DNA from: Eledone cirrhosa
Taxonomy: Eukaryota
NCBI GenBank assembly: GCA_964016885.1
Contig: OZ024742.1
Coordinates: 123,814,001-123,878,000, forward strand
Reading direction: 5' to 3'
DNA length: 64,000 nucleotides
The notes beneath the pieces were generated by a model. The model was not told the DNA's origin. It saw only the letters and a program-made list of their open reading frames with translations, and made no database searches. Shown here in pieces: positions 15,830 to 29,527 of the stretch. Position 1 is the stretch's first letter, and each line of letters starts with the position of its first letter. Position numbers and translations under genes: made by a program.

Positions 15830-16198
15830 CCTCTACAGGAAACCCGGGAAATCAACTGACGCGTGCTCCCTCAGAGACTGCCCGATGCGCCATGCGAACT
15901 GTTTCCAACGCACATACGTCGTGTATAAGATAGAATGTAACAAGTGCAACCAATACTTTATAGGTATACAATCCGGCCGCTGCGCCTCCGGTTCAAGGAG
16001 CACACTAACACCAGGGTCTCGCCTTTCCGTAAACACATAGCCAAATGCGTAAACAAAGACGGAAGGCCCATTGTCACAATTCTAGCGATAGGAAGAAACG
16101 TCGGCACATTACGTATCAAGGAAGCACTTTGGATCAAACGCCTAGGGCCACAATTAAACAACCGATCTGAGAGAAGTCAAATGAGGTGGTTGGTTTAA
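15830..16198 (+). pseudogene. PLE GIY-YIG endonuclease fragment, frameshifted near 15965
   Basis: CSLRDCPM..VVYKIECNKCNQYFIG / TIRPLRLRFKEH..LRIKEALWIKRLGPQLN. Confidence 0.88.
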
Positions 16199-16454
16199 GT
16201 AAATACACGCACACACACACACAAGTGAGACAGCAACACAGGCACACACAGTAGCATTCCACACACCATACGAACATACTACACTGCCAATACAGACGAA
16301 CAAGGCAACAACACACGCATACACACACTCAAGCGAGACAACAGCACACGCACACACACACACACACACACACAGTAATATTCACTAAACAGGCAGAGAA
16401 TACTATGGACTGACAGCTAGCGCCACCCCACTCCCACAATTGAAAGAACTATTT

Positions 16455-16753
16455 CGGTGATGTGTTGTTTCCGGGTGATGTGTTCTTTCCTTGAGCAAGA
16501 CACTTTATTTCACATTGCTCCAGTTTACTCAGCTGTAGAAATGAGATGATAGGGACTGGGGTCCCTACCATTCCACTGCAAAGTGGTGTTGGATGTGCCA
16601 CGGCAAAAAAGTACCCAGCACTCACTGTAAATGAGGTTGGTGGTAGAAAGGGCATCCAGCTGTTGAAATCAAGCCAGAATCAGTTTCCGTCCCACCCTTG
16701 CAAGCACGGAAAAGCGAACGTAAAATGAAATGATGATGATGATGATGATGATT
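16455..16753 (+). mobile_element. SINE family B body with RTE-like tail and (TGA)n end
   Basis: ccttgagcaagacactttatttcac; gaaagggcatccagctgt; ends in (gat)n. Confidence 0.75.
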
Positions 16754-17377
16754 TCGGCCGCCGACCTCTGCTTGACCGACCCCATTTCACGCGCACGCGC
16801 GCTCTGCTGAAAACCTCAGATTTTCAAAACAACGAACAGCGGAGGACACGTTTCGCACCTTTCCGACAGACATCGGAAAGAAAACACAGTTGATGGATGT
16901 GAATCCGAAATATATAGGGACATCTCTTGCTATTATTTTTATTTTTATCCTTACGCTCTTTCCTACATTCTTCTACACGCTACAGTGTTCTACATGCCAC
17001 ACATCTCAACGTACACCCACTTACAACTCTCTCCATCACCAGATCTTGTTACCCGGAGATTTACCCATCTCCATTGTCGAGGCCTACAAACGACTTAAAG
17101 ACATTTACCTTATTATTCCAGAATGCTTCAAGTAAACTTCAATACTCTCATATACATATATATATATATAGTATATCAGCTCGAGCTGATCAACATTGAA
17201 ACATATGTAATATGTTATGATGCAACACTGATTCTTTGTTCCTTTATTCTTTTAGTATTATACTTTGCTCTGCGCGAGCATTGAGTGCTCACCCAGCATA
17301 CCGCCTACGGAAGCAATTTTCTTGCACCTATACACCTATATATATTGGCGCTCAGCCGTCGGGGTACTGACTGTTTT

Positions 17378-17412
<35 letters not shown>

Positions 17413-17416
<4 letters not shown>

Positions 17417-17548
17417 ACAGCCAGGAGCCCGACGGCCGAGCGCCAGCCATTTCGACAGCTAGATCTGACTGTTACCCACTCTACTACCCTAAGTATCGAG
17501 TAATCTGGTGCGTCATGGTCCACCTGGTATCTTACCACACCTTCTTTG

Positions 17549-17550
<2 letters not shown>
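17413..17550 (-). mobile_element. Hairpin-family element (copy 2)
   Basis: Reverse complement of gtggtaag..ccaggtggaccat..gtagtagagtgggtaa. Confidence 0.75.
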
Positions 17551-17590
<40 letters not shown>

Positions 17591-18185
17591 TGTGACTAAT
17601 ATACTATTATTTGTGACTAATCCCAGTTTTTTATTAAAAAAACTGTGATAATATTGCTTATGCTGAACTCCCTATTTTTGTTGAGTTTTTTCGGAATGTT
17701 ATGAGTGCTGTTACTTGTAAACAGTTTTTTGTTTAATCCTGGCCACACTAGTTTTGAGTCTACGTGGGTTTTGTTACTTCAATTCAACACGCTGTTCACT
17801 TGCCTGCTATTAAATCCCCCTCTGGCATCTTAGCAAGCATTTTAGTTAACGTTTGGAGCACTACTGATGAACGATGCCAACCGTGAGCAACGCCACTGAA
17901 ACGTTTCGTGATATAGTCTTTTAAGAATATATAGTGCATTTGTAGTTATTCCCAAATTGAGGGTTAAGTATTTCTTCTTGGTTTTATTTTCAGTTAAGAT
18001 TGTATTATTTTTTTTCCCCACCTTACACAAAGTCTGAGGATAAAATTCTTCTTCTTGACTTGTTGTGAATTAAGATTAAATTATTTAGCCCATATCTTAC
18101 GTTAAACATTTTTCATCTTGATGTTATAGTCATTTATATGTCTGAATTATTGTTGTCGTTTTGCTTCCATAAATTTCTCTATTTC

Positions 18186-18323
<138 letters not shown>

Positions 18324-18366
18324 ATATATAATATCCCTTTGATATTCATACACACACACACACAGA

Positions 18367-18427
<61 letters not shown>

Positions 18428-18803
18428 GTATATGTATAAATAAACACAGTAAATTTCGTGTCTAAAATTACGAGCGTTGAGAATTCCACAAATGTTTTAA
18501 ATATGTAATCGTAAACATAGAGTAGGATATAATTCTATACTGACCGTATCAAAAACATTTCTTCTCTCGGACAAATTAGAGATTTAATCGGTTCCGCTCT
18601 GAAAATTGTGTTTGTAACAGATAATCTGTAGGATTTCATCAGCGAGAGATTAGATCAAATGAAACAAAACACATCTAACAGCAACTCGAGGAGTAAAAAT
18701 ATACACCTCGTGTGCTGCACGCTATACGTGGTATGAGTGGTTATGCTAGAAATAATAGTCTTATTACACTCAACTTATAAGCACACCTAGATAGGGAGCC
18801 GAA

Positions 18804-18897
18804 ATACAAATAAAATACAGAGTTATTAACTCATATTGGTACCCTAATTGCAGGGTGTGTATCAATATGAGTTAATAACTGTGTATTTTATTTGTAT
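18804..18897. repeat. Short fold-back palindrome (35-bp arms) abutting (TA)n
   Basis: atacaaataaaatacagagttattaactcatattg ... caatatgagttaataactgtgtattttatttgtat. Confidence 0.85.
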
Positions 18898-19719
18898 ATA
18901 TATATATAATCATGTTTATGTGTGTATTATATAAATCAAAAGAGACATTTTTTTGCCGTCGTCCTGCTGCTACTATTTTAACAAACTATCGCTTTCAAAA
19001 ACGCATAAGCCAGTTGCAGACAGCCAAATTTATTCGTAATATGTACATGCACATACACACAATAGATCTGGAGCAAAACCATGACAAAAACATACGATAA
19101 CTGTCGCATATACACCTACGTACTGAAAATACGTACATACATATTTACAAGATACAAACCCATGTAGACACGTAACAACAAAGGTGTGAAAAAATACACG
19201 GAAACATAGGCAACAGCAGAGCGACTGGCTTTCACAATAGTAATGTTTTTCATATATTCATTCCCTTTGTTTGTCTGTATTAACATTGTTGCATAGAAGT
19301 TTAAATATATATTTCTGAATATTTTTTACTTAATGTTGTTTAAATATGTTTTAAATTAATACCTTTCTTATAATATGTATTACACATTTTTAAAACGATG
19401 TTTTGAATTATGTAGCGTATTGTAATAAATGAATGTTTTTACATGTAGTGAAACATCTCAGAAATGTAACGCATATGTTTGGTATCAATCTTTCGAGGGA
19501 ATCATTTTCACGGATAAGTGAGAGCATGTTTCAAGGAGAGAGGGTGAAAAAGATGTTAAGAGATTTATGATCTAGTGAGCAGTTGGCCGTTTGACAGCTA
19601 ATAGCGGTGTGATGGTGTGCATTCCATACGTTAAAATGCAGGAGGTTCAGTTCTGATTTTGGGATTGCTGGCTCGAATCACGGTAGTTTGAAATTTGTGA
19701 ACTTGGTAGCTATTTTATG

Positions 19720-20340
19720 CCTACAGAAAATTGATCTTTCAATTTTGCTGTTAAGCAGCATCTTATCGTACCTTAAAATATGGAATAGCTCCATATTACA
19801 AAGTCCGCAGTGGGACATCCCATTGTCGTATGCCCTGACTACCGATAATTTTGACCAGCTAATCCTATATTCCTGGTTTGTTTTTTTAAGCTGCCGGATT
19901 TTATTGGCGAGCGTCGTAGTGTTCTACAGTCTACGGTTCTTCGTGGAGTGTCTGTGGATGTACCACGTTTTCTTGAACTCCCCAGCCATGGAACATATGT
20001 AGTGCCAAGTAGTGTTGCCTGAATTTACAGTTCACAGGTACACCATACTCAAATCCAGGCATCTATTTTGCAGTGGGCACTTATCCAGTAGGTGGCCTTT
20101 CTGTGTGCAGGTTTTCCGTTGCGGTTTTGTATGTTGTTGTGGGTGGATTGAGATTTAGGCCTATTAGTGTTTTGTTGTGATGCGCCCTGATGTGTTTGTG
20201 GTTGCGATGTTGTTATGAGTTTGCGTTTTGAATTTGTGGCTATGGTGTATTTTGGTAGGTTATTTTCTATTAAAGAGAATATGGTATTTGTGTAGTTTAG
20301 GGAAGTGTTTGTCTATTAGCTTAAAGAATGTAGAAGGTAG
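19720..20340 (-). pseudogene. Decayed PLE linker + GIY-YIG fragment
   Basis: Manual translation: FFKLIDKHFPKLHKYHILFNR, DKCPLQNRCLDLSMVY, EFKKTWYIHRHS. Confidence 0.75.
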
Positions 20341-20864
20341 TTTGGCTTTTATAAATCACTTAACATCTCTTTCACACTCTCTCCCTGAAACGGCATCAAC
20401 CCCATTAACAGAAGACAATCAGCAAAGCATTTACCACACACATTTGTCAAACATCCCTTCACCATCCACCCATAGCCCTTAAATCTCACACTAGTATCTC
20501 CCAATTAATCTCTAATTTATTGCTTTCTCTTTTATCTGTCACTACATCAGGCTCTCTACACGTATCTATGTATGTTTCGAATACGACCTTTCATGTTAGC
20601 ACTAAACCCACTGCAGAATGATTATACGAACACTTACTCACCACCACTATCATATTCTGTACATACATGCTCTCAGTTATCCTTATTTCTTTATATTTTT
20701 CCATTTTCTTACTTTTTTACTGTATCTCTTTTCTTATCTTTTACTTTTTACTTTTTACATCTGTAACTTATCTACCTATTATCATATATATTTTATTATT
20801 GGTATTATTGTTTTGATTATACGCTACTTCTCTATATATAACTTGCATTGAGCGAATTATTTTT

Positions 20865-20975
20865 GTATTCTGATGAGTTGGTCAGAGGTAAATAATGTAA
20901 TGGAGATCGAGTGACGCAACTTCGAGCAATTAGCGACCTCTAAACTCACCTGATCAATGAAACTATTGTCAATAC
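20865..20975 (+). ncRNA. Type I hammerhead with an 82-nt stem II domain
   Basis: gtatt-CTGATGA-g ttggtcag...ctgatcaa t-GAAA ctattg TC-aatac. Confidence 0.8.
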
Positions 20976-21429
20976 CTGAAATAAAGCCCCTTGTTGTACA
21001 GCCAACCATATTACTCTTCATTCTTTCACTATTATTACTCCAAATATAACCTACATAGGTATTACCACGAACTCAATTGTGGAAACATCTTTTTGAGTTA
21101 AACAAAGCCTTACGTTAAAACTATCCACGACGCAGAGTACTCACAAGTGGATTACCAATAACGATAACTTGTTACCCCCACATATATATATATAAATATA
21201 TATAGTATAAAAAAAACGAAAACTCAAAAATCAGTGATGCATCTGGACTCAGTTTATTGCGTGTTACAATTGTTTCGCCGACAGGTAGCTCGAGACATCA
21301 TCATTGTATGGATATGGCTGATTCTATGGCTGCAGGTTCCTTCGGACACATGCAATTCTTTCGGAGCAAATTTTCTCACTATATATATATATATAAATAC
21401 ACATGTGTACATCCACCGGAAATAACATA

Positions 21430-21889
21430 TGTGAAATAAACAACTCTATCTATTTGCTTAGCTAGCTACCTCACCGTGAAACAAACAACCCTTAAAGCCA
21501 CCAAAATAAAACGCCTATGCAGCGGCTAAACATCAAACGATTATTTGTGTATAAATAGAGTGATTCAAAACACTTTCGGCAGTAGACCTTTGGCAGAGTC
21601 AGCTCGCGTATCGTTGTTCCTCTCCTCTGCCACGCTTGTCACTCACACACGCCTTGTACCTCTGTATCGTTGCTTCATGTATGAAAATAAATATCTGACA
21701 GAAACTACATCTCTCGCCTTGCTCGTCCTTTCAACTTGTGCTTTCGTCTGTTCATCCTTACCGTATGTGAAAACAGTCCTTTTAAGGGCTATCCTCAGAT
21801 CCGATCAAACCGTATGCGATAACAGTCCTTTTAAGGGCTGTTCTTGGATCCGATCAGAAGTAGTGACGAGACCGACTAACCACGTCGCT

Positions 21890-21893
<4 letters not shown>
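21430..21893 (+). mobile_element. Possible solo LTR
   Basis: TG...CA ends, TATA-like tataaata ~21550, AATAAA ~21686, internal aacagtccttttaagggct duplication; TSD not resolvable. Confidence 0.35.
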
Positions 21894-21921
<28 letters not shown>

Positions 21922-22789
21922 GTGTGTGTATGTATCAAATGTTAATATTTGTCCATCTCTCCTGATTTCTAATTATAATTTGTATTTCAATATTAATATT
22001 GCTATATTTGGTTTTCAACTTCATTGTTTTTTTCTTTTGTCTATGCGGCACTTCAATTGAATTCATCTTACTTGTTGAATACCCTGCATTTCTTCCTTCA
22101 TGATATTTATCTTCGATTATATTATTAAGAATACTTATTTATGCGTTAAATATGAGGTCGAAAATGTTGTGTATCTTTTTATCTTTTTAATTATTATGGG
22201 CATAATTAACAGTAACAATTTCTTTCTTCAGCTTTTTTTTTTTGGGGGGGGGGGGGGTTATGTTTAGTATTCAGTCGAGTGAACCTGAAATGAATTAGAC
22301 TTCTAAAAATGAGATCGATGAGACATATTTGAGATATGGCATTCTAACTGAGATTGAAAAGCGTTTCTCAATGTCACAAACAAACTGTAAGTGTCAAGAT
22401 ATGTTAGTAATGAAAACTTGAAGCCTAGAGCTCGGGAAAATAGACCTTTTTCACCTATCTTAACACACATCATTGTACTTTGTAAAGGATACAACTCTGA
22501 TTGGTGTGTTCTACAAAATGTGGCTGATGTTTAACTAATAGTTCACAAAATATGGTGAGGAAGGGAAATCATACTACCGTACAAAACTATTAACGGCCAT
22601 CACCACTATAAACCTTGTCAATTATTTATAAGCATAGTAAGTGAAATATGCATTGATTTTTACCCAGTTAAAATACTGTGCCTCAAACAATGATTTTATC
22701 CAGAGAGGGTAATGCTTTGACTTTCGTAGGGTACAAAACATAATATTATGGAGTATTTGACATATTTTCATTCTTTATCAACGTTATTT

Positions 22790-23010
22790 AGTTCTTTACA
22801 AATAATGGCCGACCGCCTCCTCTTTGGACCGGTCTCCGTTGAGACTTCTGGTGTCTTTGGTCCACACTCTGCTGATTTCCTCCATAAAATCGGAAAGACA
22901 GCAGCCCGCTTGAGGAAGGAGCCTGTGAGGTGGGGTGGCTGATAAAACGGGTGCCTCTGGCCATTCGCCGCGGCAATGCCTTTGCCATTTTGTGCTCGGG
23001 GCACATCTGA
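22790..23010 (+). pseudogene. CRE-clade non-LTR retrotransposon, C-terminal restriction-like endonuclease fragment
   Basis: FGPVSVETSGVFGPHSADFLHKIG..KEP / LIKRVPLAIRRGNAFAIL. Confidence 0.8.
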
Positions 23011-24293
23011 ATCGCTGCTAAGGTTGGTGTGTAGGAGCCTGGCACCCACTTTCTTTCGTTGCATAAATCTTTTCACTTTTATACCCTTTGTGTTCTGTTT
23101 TTGTATTATGATATAGAGATGTGTTTCCCCTCCTATTTAAAAACGAAAGCAAATTTGATATTGAATCCATTAGTCAATTATTAATAGATGTATAACTTTT
23201 CCACTACAAAACATATCCGAGAGGACTTTTTTTTTCAAACCAATATACAAAGAGGCTCAGTACAATATGGTTAATACACAACACATGCCATACATATTCC
23301 TATTATTTTAAGAATATATTTTATATTTAGGAATATCGATGAGGGTATCTGGCTAAATTAAACTACATTTGACATATGTAAGGGTTTCATTACATATACA
23401 ATAAGCAGCTGAATCCACATATAGTTATTAAGTTACAACCTAACATTGCAAAACACAATACTGTTACTCGTTGTAATATTATACTGCCTATTTGTTGCTG
23501 AAATCCTTCATGAAGTTTTAGAATTCAGCAATAAAAGACATTTGGCTTTTCCCTAATGTAGAATTTGAAATATATAAACGTATTTATAAAAGTTATAAGT
23601 AGTTTTAATTCAGACAGGAACATATGTAATATAACTATTTTCCCTATTTACAATATTGACGTTCGGTTATATTGCACGTCTAAAGATAAGAACATATCAG
23701 GATAACTGGACAGCAGAAGGTCTTCAGAGAAAGAACCCCGCTTCCTTATAGTAGGTTATCAATATGTCAGACTGTACTTATTCTGTAATAGCTTCGCTTA
23801 TTAACTGTCATATAAAGAGAAATAAAACAAGAAATACGTGTTTATTTAATTATTACCCTATGTCAATCAGAGAACTTCCGTATTCATTTAATAAGGGACG
23901 TGCCACTGAACCAAATTATTATATTTGTATAGTATATTAGCTTAGATGATCAAATGAAATAATGTATGAGTATTTTTCTGGGATATATTTACAGCTTTAC
24001 GAAACGTCAACTAATGATAACTGAATCGAATTATTTGTCTAACATACAGTTTGAAATGTATCTTTCATTATGCTAATGGTGGAATATATTTTTACATGTA
24101 TTTAACTGCTTTATAATCAATTCGTAAAACTTTAGAACTGCAGCGTATTATATTGATTATCAATACTGCAGAAGCACACCCCCTTTTTTATTTATTGAAA
24201 GTTAATCTCTGTAAAACGAAAGTATATGACGGCCAGAAATATATTTTCATCAATACCAAGCGATAACTATTGTGTGGTAAATACAGCGTTAAC

Positions 24294-24404
<111 letters not shown>

Positions 24405-24974
24405 AATTAACATACATTCAATCTTTGCAATCTAATTAACAAGATGCAAAATAAATTGAATTGCTTTAAAAGCATTCGAAATATATTTTCTTTATGCCTT
24501 TTAAATTGATCGATAGAAAAATATTCATATGACAGTGGCTGGATGGAATACATTTATAAATCTTTTACAACTTATTTTCGATAGAATCAATCAACATATC
24601 TGATATTGATAATGTACAAAATATTGATGCAATTATTAATTGCATATAGTTAGCAAATATCTGATAGTAAAAGTAATATACAGATGGTACCTGTAATATA
24701 TTGCTATTAAATCCTCTCTATATATACTAAAATACATATTCACGAAACATAGAAATTGTTATCAAACGAGAAATAGTGAAATGGGACATCCCTTATCTGC
24801 AAAATCTGTTAATTCGCTAGCTCATAAATGTATATCTGTACAGCAAATTAGACTGTTGTCAGTTCTATATGGGTGTGTATACGCATTGAACATATCTGAC
24901 TTTATGTTAATATTTGAAAATACCGGGAACACTTCTCTGTTTTGTATGAAATATATCATATAAAGAAAATTGAT

Positions 24975-25135
24975 TAAATCGACTGTAGTGCGTTACTGGT
25001 ACTTTATTTTATCAAGCCGGTATGGATGAAAGGTAAAGCTAACCTCGGTCGGATATGATCTTAGAATGTAAAGCGCCTTAACTCGATGCCGCAAAGCATG
25101 CATATTGTCCGACGCTATAGCGATACTGCCAAATA
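24975..25135 (-). mobile_element. SINE family A, degenerate
   Basis: tactggtactttattttatc..ggatgaaaggtaaagctaacctcgg..gatactgccaa. Confidence 0.75.
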
Positions 25136-25485
25136 GTATAATATAAATGTTAATCAATAAAATAATATACCTGATCTATATCCACAAACAAAGCTTTTTT
25201 AATTTTATATATAATTATTGTATCGTTATTTTTATATGAAGCGTATCATATATGTTATTGATACCGTCTACCACACGTGAAAAAGTATACTATGATTCAG
25301 AAATTCATTTCAGTTATCATTAAGCAAGTGAGTGATCGGCAAGTTCATTGCACTGTTCCAGTGCCGAAAGCATCGTGTAGCTATGCGGCTTTGTTGACAT
25401 CTGTCTTTATGTGTGTATGTAAGAATGAATGTATGTATGTGTTTATCTATGTATTGTTGGGTGTGTGTGTATGTTTGTATTTATA

Positions 25486-25558
<73 letters not shown>

Positions 25559-25568
25559 CAAACATACA

Positions 25569-25627
<59 letters not shown>

Positions 25628-25780
25628 ATAAATGCTCTGAAATAGCGATATATATGTGAATATAGACATAGAATATTCGAAAATATTCTGTATGTTTATA
25701 ATAAACATTTTGAAGACCTAATCGCTATAGAATAGAATACGTCACGTATTACAATTAGATTCTCGACAAAAGCAAGGGAA

Positions 25781-25824
25781 GTAAGTCTACGCGTTTCATT
25801 CTCGTTAGAAATCGTCAGGACTAC
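25781..25824 (-). ncRNA. Type I hammerhead, first of 7 minus-strand copies (311-bp period)
   Basis: Reverse complement of the 27950-27993 motif. Confidence 0.9.
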
Positions 25825-27949
25825 ATATCCAGTGCTTTTATCGAGAATGACACAGCTAGAGACTTATAGAATACTTAGCTGTGTACAGGAACTGGTTTGA
25901 AAGAGCGGTTGCCGGTCCGGCAGAAATTAGAAATTGGAATAAATGCTCTGAAATAGCGATATATATGTGAATATAGACATAGAATATTCGAAAATATTCT
26001 GTATGTTTATAATAAACATTTTGAAGACCTAATCGCTATAGAATAGAATACGTCACGTATTACAATTAGATTCTCGACAAAAGCAAGGGAAGTAAGTCTA
26101 CGCGTTTCATTCTCGTTAGAAATCGTCAGGACTACATATCCAGTGCTTTTATCGAGAATGACACAGCTAGAGACTTATAGAATACTTAGCTGTGTACAGG
26201 AACTGGTTTGAAAGAGCGGTTGCCGGTCCGGCAGAAATTAGAAATTGGAATAAATGCTCTGAAATAGCGATATATATGTGAATATAGACATAGAATATTC
26301 GAAAATATTCTGTATGTTTATAATAAACATTTTGAAGACCTAATCGCTATAGAATAGAATACGTCACGTATTACAATTAGATTCTCGACAAAAGCAAGGG
26401 AAGTAAGTCTACGCGTTTCATTCTCGTTAGAAATCGTCAGGACTACATATCCAGTGCTTTTATCGAGAATGACACAGCTAGAGACTTATAGAATACTTAG
26501 CTGTGTACAGGAACTGGTTTGAAAGAGCGGTTGCCGGTCCGGCAGAAATTAGAAATTGGAATAAATGCTCTGAAATAGCGATATATATGTGAATATAGAC
26601 ATAGAATATTCGAAAATATTCTGTATGTTTATAATAAACATTTTGAAGACCTAATCGCTATAGAATAGAATACGTCACGTATTACAATTAGATTCTCGAC
26701 AAAAGCAAGGGAAGTAAGTCTACGCGTTTCATTCTCGTTAGAAATCGTCAGGACTACATATCCAGTGCTTTTATCGAGAATGACACAGCTAGAGACTTAT
26801 AGAATACTTAGCTGTGTACAGGAACTGGTTTGAAAGAGCGGTTGCCGGTCCGGCAGAAATTAGAAATTGGAATAAATGCTCTGAAATAGCGATATATATG
26901 TGAATATAGACATAGAATATTCGAAAATATTCTGTATGTTTATAATAAACATTTTGAAGACCTAATCGCTATAGAATAGAATACGTCACGTATTACAATT
27001 AGATTCTCGACAAAAGCAAGGGAAGTAAGTCTACGCGTTTCATTCTCGTTAGAAATCGTCAGGACTACATATCCAGTGCTTTTATCGAGAATGACACAGC
27101 TAGAGACTTATAGAATACTTAGCTGTGTACAGGAACTGGTTTGAAAGAGCGGTTGCCGGTCCGGCAGAAATTAGAAATTGGAATAAATGCTCTGAAATAG
27201 CGATATATATGTGAATATAGACATAGAATATTCGAAAATATTCTGTATGTTTATAATAAACATTTTGAAGACCTAATCGCTATAGAATAGAATACGTCAC
27301 GTATTACAATTAGATTCTCGACAAAAGCAAGGGAAGTAAGTCTACGCGTTTCATTCTCGTTAGAAATCGTCAGGACTACATATCCAGTGCTTTTATCGAG
27401 AATGACACAGCTAGAGACTTATAGAATACTTAGCTGTGTACAGGAACTGGTTTGAAAGAGCGGTTGCCGGTCCGGCAGAAATTAGAAATTGGAATAAATG
27501 CTCTGAAATAGCGATATATATGTGAATATAGACATAGAATATTCGAAAATATTCTGTATGTTTATAATAAACATTTTGAAGACCTAATCGCTATAGAATA
27601 GAATACGTCACGTATTACAATTAGATTCTCGACAAAAGCAAGGGAAGTAAGTCTACGCGTTTCATTCTCGTTAGAAATCGTCAGGACTACATATCCAGTG
27701 CTTTTATCGAGAATGACACAGCTAGAGACTTATAGAATACTTAGCTGTGTACAGGAACTGGTTATAAACATACAGAATATTTTCGAATATTCTATGTCTA
27801 TATTCACATATATATCGCTATTTCAGAGCATTTATTCCAATTTCTAATTTCTGCCGGACCGGCAACCGCTCTTTCAAACCAGTTCCTGTACACAGCTAAG
27901 TATTCTATAAGTCTCTAGCTGTGTCATTCTCGATAAAAGCACTGGATAT

Positions 27950-27993
27950 GTAGTCCTGACGATTTCTAACGAGAATGAAACGCGTAGACTTAC
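27950..27993 (+). ncRNA. Type I hammerhead, first of 5 plus-strand copies (28261, 28572, 28883, 29194)
   Basis: gtagtc-CTGACGA-t ttct aacg agaa t-GAAA cgcg TA-gacttac. Confidence 0.92.
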
Positions 27994-29417
27994 TTCCCTT
28001 GCTTTTGTCGAGAATCTAATTGTAATACGTGACGTATTCTATTCTATAGCGATTAGGTCTTCAAAATGTTTATTATAAACATACAGAATATTTTCGAAAA
28101 TTCTATGTCTATATTCACATATATATCGCTATTTCAGAGCATTTATTCCAATTTCTAATTTCTGCCGGACCGGCAACCGCTCTTTCAAACCAGTTCCTGT
28201 ACACAGCTAAGTATTCTATAAGTCTCTAGCTGTGTCATTCTCGATAAAAGCACTGGATATGTAGTCCTGACGATTTCTAACGAGAATGAAACGCGTAGAC
28301 TTACTTCCCTTGCTTTTGTCGAGAATCTAATTGTAATACGTGACGTATTCTATTCTATAGCGATTAGGTCTTCAAAATGTTTATTATAAACATACAGAAT
28401 ATTTTCGAATATTCTATGTCTATATTCACATATATATCGCTATTTCAGAGCATTTATTCCAATTTCTAATTTCTGCCGGACCGGCAACCGCTCTTTCAAA
28501 CCAGTTCCTGTACACAGCTAAGTATTCTATAAGTCTCTAGCTGTGTCATTCTCGATAAAAGCACTGGATATGTAGTCCTGACGATTTCTAACGAGAATGA
28601 AACGCGTAGACTTACTTCCCTTGCTTTTGTCGAGAATCTAATTGTAATACGTGACGTATTCTATTCTATAGCGATTAGGTCTTCAAAATGTTTATTATAA
28701 ACATACAGAATATTTTCGAATATTCTATGTCTATATTCACATATATATCGCTATTTCAGAGCATTTATTCCAATTTCTAATTTCTGCCGGACCGGCAACC
28801 GCTCTTTCAAACCAGTTCCTGTACACAGCTAAGTATTCTATAAGTCTCTAGCTGTGTCATTCTCGATAAAAGCACTGGATATGTAGTCCTGACGATTTCT
28901 AACGAGAATGAAACGCGTAGACTTACTTCCCTTGCTTTTGTCGAGAATCTAATTGTAATACGTGACGTATTCTATTCTATAGCGATTAGGTCTTCAAAAT
29001 GTTTATTATAAACATACAGAATATTTTCGAATATTCTATGTCTATATTCACATATATATCGCTATTTCAGAGCATTTATTCCAATTTCTAATTTCTGCCG
29101 GACCGGCAACCGCTCTTTCAAACCAGTTCCTGTACACAGCTAAGTATTCTATAAGTCTCTAGCTGTGTCATTCTCGATAAAAGCACTGGATATGTAGTCC
29201 TGACGATTTCTAACGAGAATGAAACGCGTAGACTTACTTCCCTTGCTTTTGTCGAGAATCTAATTGTAATACGTGACGTATTCTATTCTATAGCGATTAG
29301 GTCTTCAAAATGTTTATTATAAACATACAGAATATTTTCGAATATTCTATGTCTATATTCACATATATATATATATATATATATAAATACAAACATACAT
29401 ATATGTATATATATATA

Positions 29418-29527
<110 letters not shown>

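Larger units (their letters stand above)
25622..29368. repeat. 311-bp hammerhead-bearing tandem array (non-LTR retrozyme-like): ~6.9 copies (-) then ~5.2 inverted copies (+)
   Basis: Unit starts at 25622, 25933, 26244, 26555, 26866, 27177, 27488; junction ~27762; units essentially identical. Confidence 0.97.

Noticed and set aside
17866-17918. acta-CTGATGA...GAAAcgtttcgtgata-tagt
   Set aside because: Stem II does not pair and the cleavage triplet is unclear; at best a decayed HHR
25622-29368. CRISPR-like or centromeric satellite interpretation
   Set aside because: No unique spacers; eukaryotic context; each unit has a hammerhead and the array is short with a flanking duplication
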